A stretch of 64,000 bases of DNA from an uncultured Acidobacteriaceae bacterium (lineage in GTDB: Bacteria > Acidobacteriota > Terriglobia > Terriglobales > Acidobacteriaceae), in contig CAVTUP010000028.1 of NCBI GenBank assembly GCA_963737915.1, positions 15,634 to 79,633 on the forward strand. The letters run 5' to 3'. Of this stretch, positions 58,727-64,000 are shown one piece after another. Numbering within the stretch: position 1 is the first letter of the stretch; every line of letters begins with the position of its first letter. The position numbers and the translations under genes are program-made. The notes beneath the pieces are model-generated. The model ran no database searches, was not told the origin of the DNA, and saw only the letters and a list, made by a program, of their open reading frames with translations.

Positions 58727-60401
58727 ATGCCAACCGACGTAGTCATGCCCCAGATGGGCGAGTCGATCTTTGAGGGCACCATTACCAAGTGGCTCAAAAA
58801 GGCCGGCGACACCGTGCAGAAAGACGAGCCTCTCTTCGAAATCTCCACCGACAAGGTCGACGCCGAAATCCCCTCACCGGTAGCCGGCACTCTTACCGAA
58901 ATCAAGTGCGCAGAAGGCGAAACCGTACAGATCAACACCGTGGTAGCTGTCATCGATGGGGTAGTCGCAAAATCGCCCTCGGCGCCGAAGGCTAAGTCAC
59001 CCGCACCGGAGGTGCCGCCGAAGGCGCAGGTCACCCGCAACGAAATCATCCTCCCCGGACGCCCCGCAAGAGCAGCAATCGCCAGTACCGGAAGTGCCGC
59101 AAAAGGCGGAGTCTGCCCCACCGCAGGTGGTGGCCGAGGGGACGGAAGTTGTCATGCCGCAGATGGGAGAATCCATCTTCGAGGGCACCATCACCAAGTG
59201 GCTCAAGAAGGTCGGCGACGCAGTTCAACGAGACGAGCCGCTCTTTGAAATCTCCACCGACAAGGTCGACGCTGAAATTCCATCGCCCGTGGCCGGCATC
59301 CTGACTGAGATCAAAGTCGCCGAAGGCGAAACCGTCGAGATTAACACCGTGGTCGCCGTAATTGGCGGCAGCACCTCCGGTGCGGGTGATCGCGCCTCCG
59401 GCGCAAAGCCCGGACCGCCAGCAGCAGCTATTCCATCCATCGCCAAATTCGACAAGATAGACACAATCGCCGCTCCAGTCGACGACGGGAGGCGTCTGCG
59501 TTCCTCTCCACTGGTGCGCCGCGTAGCCAAGGAAAAGAACATCGACCTGCGCTACGTTCCCGGCACCGGCTCCGCCGGCCGCATCACCAAAGAAGACGTT
59601 CTTAGCTTTTTGAGCAATCCAAAGGCGCAGTCACCCGCACCGGAGGTGCCGCCGAAGGTCAAGCCCAAAGCCGAACCTGCTCAGCCGAAAGCCTTGACGG
59701 GCGAGGTGGTTCCGTTAACTAAGATGCGCGCCATCATCGCCCAGCGCATGGTCGAGAGCAAGCGCATCAGCCCCCACGTCCACTCCGTCTACAAAATCGA
59801 CATGACCCGCATCGTGCGTCTGCGCGAGCGCGAAAAGGCTGCCTTCGAGCAGCGCAACAGCGTCAAGCTCACCTATATGCCATTCATCGCCGTCGCGGCC
59901 ATTGAAGCGCTGCGCCGGTTCCCCATCGTCAACGCATCGCTGATCGATAACGCGATCCATTACCACGCCAATATCAATCTCGGCATCGCTGTTGCCCTCG
60001 AGTGGGGACTTATCGTGCCCGTGGTCCGCCAATCCGAGCAGCGCGACTTTGTCAGCATCGCGCGCACCATCAACGACCTCGCAGGCCGAGCCCGCACGAA
60101 GAAGCTGTCTCCCGATGAAGTGGGAGGCTCCACTTTCACGCTCACCAACTCCGGCATATTTGGTGACGAATTCGGCACTCCCATCATCAACCAGCCCGAA
60201 TCAGCCATCCTCGCCATTGGAGCGTTGAAGAAAGAGCCAGTCGTGCTCACCGACGCCGAGGGCAACGACACCATTGCCATCCGCTCGATGCAGCACTTCT
60301 GCCTTGGCTTCGACCACCGATTAATCGACGGCGCCGACGCCGGCAAATTCATGAGTGAATTCAAGAGCACGCTGGAAAACTGGAGCCGCGAGATAGGCTA
60401 A
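58727..60401 (+). pseudogene. 2-oxoacid dehydrogenase E2 acyltransferase (two lipoyl domains, PSBD, catalytic domain), one +1 frame break at 59029/59030
   Basis: Lipoyl domain 1 (58727-~58950, EISTDKVDAEIPSP) is in one frame. Linker, lipoyl domain 2, PSBD (SPLVRRVAKEKNIDL) and the catalytic domain (DHRLIDGA) are in the +1 frame. The extra G is defined by comparison with the duplicated linker segment at 59622-59639. Confidence 0.88.
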
Positions 60402-60431
60402 GAACGCCGCGGCAACCGAAGCGGTACTAAC

Positions 60432-61418
60432 TCACCGCCCCGCCCAGGCCAGCCCATCCGTTAACTTCCCTGTAGCAATCATCCGCGTCGTCCACTTCGC
60501 CAGATCAATCTCCGCCACCTGGTCCGAGTGCATGCAGCTCACATACGCCGCCTTGCCATCCGGACGCACAACAATTGCCTGCGGAAACTTCCCCACCTCC
60601 ACCGTCCGCGCCACGGTCATCGTCTTCAGATCGACGACCGCCACCTTGTTCTGGTCCGGTAGCGTCATCAGGAACCAGCGTCCATCGAGCGTTGCCGCGC
60701 CACCGTAGCCGATCCCCTCCATCGGCACCCACTTCGCCACTGTGTTGGTTGCAGTGTCGATCACCGCGATGCGGGGCTGGGTCTGGTCGGCTGTGAACAC
60801 CCATTTGTCATCCGTCGAAATCGCAATCCGCTGCGTGTTGCCGGAAACTGGAATCACCTTCAGCACTTTGTGCGCCTGCATGTCCAGCACTGACACCGTG
60901 CCCGGCCCCACATTCGCCGTGTATCCGCGCCGCCCGTCGTGCGAAATCGCCAGCATGTGGCTCTCGGCCGCCCCCGTTGGAATTGTCCCAACAATCTTCC
61001 ATGTCTTCGGATCGATGATGGTGATCGTTTTGTCCAACTCCGTCGTCACGTAGAGCAGTCCATCCTTCGGCCCAAACACGGGATCGTGCGGACGAACGCC
61101 GTGATCGAATTCGATGTCGCCCACCTTTTTCTTCGCGGCAATATCGAACACAACAATGTTCTGTCCATCCGTCCCCGGCTTGCCCACGCCTGAGTCGCCG
61201 TAAATTGGCACAATCGCCATCTTTCCGTCCGGCGACGCCGCCACTTCATGCCCGGTCACGCCGCCTTCCGGCAGGGAAGCAACCACGCTCCCCGCCGCAG
61301 GATTCACAATCGCCACACTGCGATCGCCCTTCTGCGCCACCAGAAGGCGCCCATCTTGTGCGTGTATCGCAGCGACGACACCAACGAGCAACATCAGGGG
61401 AAGCGCACAACGAACCAT
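60432..61418 (-). CDS. secreted YVTN/YncE-like beta-propeller protein
   Basis: Signal peptide from the ATG at 61418. Repeated blades of the V..D..T.KV...I.VG type. Confidence 0.8.
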   Translation of the reverse strand: MVRCALPLMLLVGVVAAIHAQDGRLLVAQKGDRSVAIVNPAAGSVVASLPEGGVTGHEVAASPDGKMAIVPIYGDSGVGKPGTDGQNIVVFDIAAKKKVGDIEFDHGVRPHDPVFGPKDGLLYVTTELDKTITIIDPKTWKIVGTIPTGAAESHMLAISHDGRRGYTANVGPGTVSVLDMQAHKVLKVIPVSGNTQRIAISTDDKWVFTADQTQPRIAVIDTATNTVAKWVPMEGIGYGGAATLDGRWFLMTLPDQNKVAVVDLKTMTVARTVEVGKFPQAIVVRPDGKAAYVSCMHSDQVAEIDLAKWTTRMIATGKLTDGLAWAGR

Positions 61419-61478
61419 CTTCAACGAGAACCTCCAAAAGCTACCCAACGAATATATCCCAGCAAGTGGCAGGCAAGA

Positions 61479-61901
61479 TCACCCCTGCGCGGCCCACGGA
61501 TCATAAGTTCCCACTGTCCACGAGTGGCCTTCGGGATCCTTCACCGTGAACTCGCGGCTGCCGTAGTCCGTATTCTTGATCTCCCGGACGATAGTCCCTC
61601 CCGCCGCCTTCGCACGTGCATATACCGCCTCTGCATCCGGCACCACGATGTAGGTGCTCCGCGTCTCAAAGCCACCCACTTCTTCCGGCGATTTGAAGCC
61701 GCGGCCATACTCATCATCTTTTGTGGTTCCAAGCATGACCATGCCGCCGCCCAGCTTTAGCTCGGCGTGGCCAATCGTTCCGTCCGGTCCGGCGTAAACC
61801 ACGTGGCGCTCAAAGCCAAAGACCTTGCAGAGCCATTCAATCGTGGCGACAGCGTCGTGATAACGCAGGGTGGGCATAATACTGCTACGGGATTCAGGCA
61901 T
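61479..61901 (-). CDS. VOC (glyoxalase/bleomycin-resistance) family protein
   Basis: About 130-140 aa, paired beta-alpha-beta-beta-beta pattern, C-terminal DPEGHSW motif. Confidence 0.85.
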   Translation of the reverse strand: MPESRSSIMPTLRYHDAVATIEWLCKVFGFERHVVYAGPDGTIGHAELKLGGGMVMLGTTKDDEYGRGFKSPEEVGGFETRSTYIVVPDAEAVYARAKAAGGTIVREIKNTDYGSREFTVKDPEGHSWTVGTYDPWAAQG

Positions 61902-61966
61902 CGAGCACCTCCGCGTGCAGCGTAGCGCGAACCCGTGACACTTCGCAATCCAGTATCCTTGGCGGC

Positions 61967-62557
61967 ATGGGCCTTCCCGCCGGCGACAGGCAACTCGTGC
62001 AAATCATGGATACTGCGCTCGCCGACGCGGCGCGGCGCGCGGGCAGTTGGCTCGCTTGCCGCCCCGGCTGCACGCAATGCTGCCACGGAGCTTTCGCCAT
62101 CAATGCGCTTGACGCTCTCCGCCTCCGCACCGGCATGGAAGCATTGCACTCGTCGGATCCATCGACCGCCGCGGCGGTCCAGGAACGCGCCCGCGAATGG
62201 CTCGCCACCCATGTGCCAAACTTCCCCGGCGATCCGGCGAGCGGCCTCCTCGGCAAGTCAGAAGAAGACCAGGCCCGCTTCGAAGATTTCGCCAACGATG
62301 CGCCGTGTCCGGCGCTCAATCCAGCAACCGGCCTCTGCGATGTCTATGCCTGGCGGCCCATGACCTGCCGCGTCTTTGGTCCACCAGTTCGCATGGAAGG
62401 CGAGGCGCTCGGATGCTGCGATCTTTGCTTTATCGGAGCAAGCGAATCTGAAATTGCCGCCTGCGAAATGCCTATCCCGCATGGTCTGGAATCTCAACTC
62501 GTCGAGGAAACCCGAGAGACCGGCGACACCGTGGTAGCCTTCGCGCTTTTGCCATAG
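61967..62557 (+). CDS. YkgJ-family Cys-cluster (CxxxCxxCC) protein
   Basis: CRPGCTQCCHG plus the second cluster CPAL...GLCDVYAWRPMTCR. Confidence 0.8.
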   Translation: MGLPAGDRQLVQIMDTALADAARRAGSWLACRPGCTQCCHGAFAINALDALRLRTGMEALHSSDPSTAAAVQERAREWLATHVPNFPGDPASGLLGKSEEDQARFEDFANDAPCPALNPATGLCDVYAWRPMTCRVFGPPVRMEGEALGCCDLCFIGASESEIAACEMPIPHGLESQLVEETRETGDTVVAFALLP

Positions 62558-62684
62558 AGCAACGCTCTTCAGCCGTACCCATGTCTTTTCTGTCTCCTAT
62601 GCAATGGTTCTTGTCATTCTCAAAGAGAATCCGGCATAGAATGGACAACCAATCGACCGTAACGAGCAGCACGCGAGAACCGCC

Positions 62685-62981
62685 ATGCCCGTCGCCCAAC
62701 TCACTCTCGAACTCCGCATCGAACACGCGCAGTCCCTCAAAGACCGCCGCCAGGTCGTGCGTTCCATGAAAGACCAGCTTCGTCAAAGCTTCAACATCTC
62801 CATCGCGGAACTCGATGAAGCCGTGACCTGGCAATCGGCCACACTCGGCATTGTCGCCATCTCACACTCCCGCAGCTATCTCCATGGCCTCATCGACGAG
62901 GTCGAACGCGTCTCCCGACGACTCGCTAATGAACTCGGAGCTGAGCTCGCCGACTCTTTCTGGGACTACATCGAAAGCTGA
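62685..62981 (+). CDS. DUF503 (YlxP-like) protein
   Basis: 98 aa; L.LELRIEHAQSLKDRRQVVRS...GIVAIS pattern typical of DUF503. Confidence 0.85.
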   Translation: MPVAQLTLELRIEHAQSLKDRRQVVRSMKDQLRQSFNISIAELDEAVTWQSATLGIVAISHSRSYLHGLIDEVERVSRRLANELGAELADSFWDYIES

Positions 62982-63032
62982 CGGTGCCGCCAGATCTATC
63001 CCGACATTTGCGGGATCGCGATTGCTTACCTC

Positions 63033-63443
63033 TCAGGAAAGGCCATGCTCAAGCTGCCGCCGATATTCCGCGCCGTCGAATGAGCCAATTGATACAGCGA
63101 TCAATCCATCCGCTCCTATCTGCCAGCTCTCGAAACCGCCGATGCAAACTTGATGCCCTGTGCCTCCGGGCCCGTTGTTGGTTCCAATCAGCGTCCAGTG
63201 AAACTCGATGCGATTACCCTTCACTCGCACATCGTCCATCACCACCCGCATATCCGGAAACGCAGTCATGAAGTCTTGCGCCGCCTTCGTAATCGCGGCA
63301 CGCCCCACCGACGGAGCGTCATCATTAATCGTCAGCGACCCTTCGAGTGAAAAGAACGCAGCCACACTCGCAGCATTTTGACTGCACCAGGCCGCGGCAT
63401 AGCGCGTCGCAAACTCCCGTAATCGTTCCATATCGGTCGGCAT
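63033..63443 (-). CDS. SnoaL/NTF2-like fold protein
   Basis: 136 aa, alpha+beta cone pattern (FATRYAAAWCSQN...FPDMRVVMDDV...FHWTL). Confidence 0.8.
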   Translation of the reverse strand: MPTDMERLREFATRYAAAWCSQNAASVAAFFSLEGSLTINDDAPSVGRAAITKAAQDFMTAFPDMRVVMDDVRVKGNRIEFHWTLIGTNNGPGGTGHQVCIGGFESWQIGADGLIAVSIGSFDGAEYRRQLEHGLS

Positions 63444-63577
63444 CGGCCCATCTTACCAACCCGCTATGTGCAGACGATCCTGATCCTTGCAACCTGGCTC
63501 TTCCAGGCCAGATTCCACCCTCACCTCCTCTGCTATCCTGAGTGGTTTACTTCGGACGATTGCAGCGGGAGGCGCCT

Positions 63578-63967
63578 ATGCCGGAACACAGAGCACGAAA
63601 GCATCATCAGGACCGCGTCGCGGAGACGCTGCGCGAAGAGATCGGGGCCATGATCGAAGGCGAACTCTCTGACCCACGCATCGCGTTTTGTTACGTCACC
63701 GAGGTGGTGTTGAATCCCGGTGGCAAATCTGCTCGGGTCTACGTCGCCGTTGACAACGCTGTTCCCGACATCGCCAAGGCCGAGGTCGACACCGTCGCCG
63801 GCCTCGAAGCCGCCAAGGGCTACATTCGCTATGAGTTGAAAGAGCGGATGGGAGTCCGGCACGTGCCCGAGCTTAGTTTTCTCGCCGACCGTTCCGGCAG
63901 GTTCCAGGCGCGCATCGAAGAACTCATGGATCGCTCACGCAAACGGCAAAAAACGCCGGTGGAGTAG
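63578..63967 (+). CDS. rbfA: ribosome-binding factor A
   Basis: RVAETLREEIGAMIEGELSDPRI...VTEVVLNPGGKSARVYV...LKERMGVRHVPELSF. ATG at 63578 preferred over the ORF-track start. Confidence 0.92.
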   Translation: MPEHRARKHHQDRVAETLREEIGAMIEGELSDPRIAFCYVTEVVLNPGGKSARVYVAVDNAVPDIAKAEVDTVAGLEAAKGYIRYELKERMGVRHVPELSFLADRSGRFQARIEELMDRSRKRQKTPVE

Positions 63968-64000
63968 CCCAAAATGGATCTCGCCGGAACTACGGCCCCC

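Noticed and set aside
59243-59248. CTT-TGA at the end of the first E2 ORF, considered as a prfB-like +1 shift site.
   Set aside because: The +1 frame already encodes the linker and first half of lipoyl domain 2 for about 200 nt upstream of this stop, so shifting here would delete them. The CTT-TGA simply reflects the conserved L-F-E codons (CTC TTT GAA) of the real frame.
1-64000. Scan for CRISPR arrays, IS elements or transposases, integrases, prophage genes, rRNA or tRNA genes, toxin-antitoxin pairs and recognisable defence systems.
   Set aside because: I saw no regularly spaced direct repeats, no DDE, tyrosine or serine recombinase-like ORFs, and no tRNA cloverleafs. The only structured RNA I can support is rnpB.

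Overview
GC-rich bacterial chromosomal segment. Gene content points to Acidobacteriota: two 'duplicated orphan permease' (ADOP-type) genes, one with its usual PadR partner, plus many secreted beta-propeller/TPR proteins. I support about 55 protein-coding genes and one ncRNA, the RNase P RNA on the minus strand at about 54205-54683. I found no rRNA, tRNA, CRISPR array, transposase, integrase or phage gene. Recognisable housekeeping genes are frr, gcvT, amtB-glnK, dut, rsgA, lipB plus a 2-oxoacid dehydrogenase E2, rbfA and a DUF503 gene. The rest is mostly envelope, sensing or accessory. It includes five FtsX/MacB-type permease genes with no ABC ATPase anywhere in the window, a GH97 glycosidase, a tricorn-like protease, a phosphodiesterase, PadR- and MarR-controlled pairs, and a histidine kinase with a REC-flavoprotein fusion. 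The most unusual observation is that seven conserved genes are broken by ten frame shifts, all in the +1 direction (one extra base). One can be pinned to a single G using an internal duplicated segment. Insertion-biased sequence error is the most economical explanation, but real pseudogenisation or recoding cannot be excluded from the sequence alone. Candidate under-described modules are: (i) a cNMP-binding kinase translationally coupled to a REC-thioredoxin-reductase-like protein that lacks the CxxC redox site; (ii) an array of three ATPase-less FtsX permeases downstream of a PD40/TPR protein with a single CxxCH motif; (iii) a DUF2339-DUF3999 pair; (iv) a DUF116 fusion protein. All family calls come from motif and architecture recognition by eye. 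No database search was run. Start codons were adjusted from the ORF track using RBS-like sequences and are approximate.
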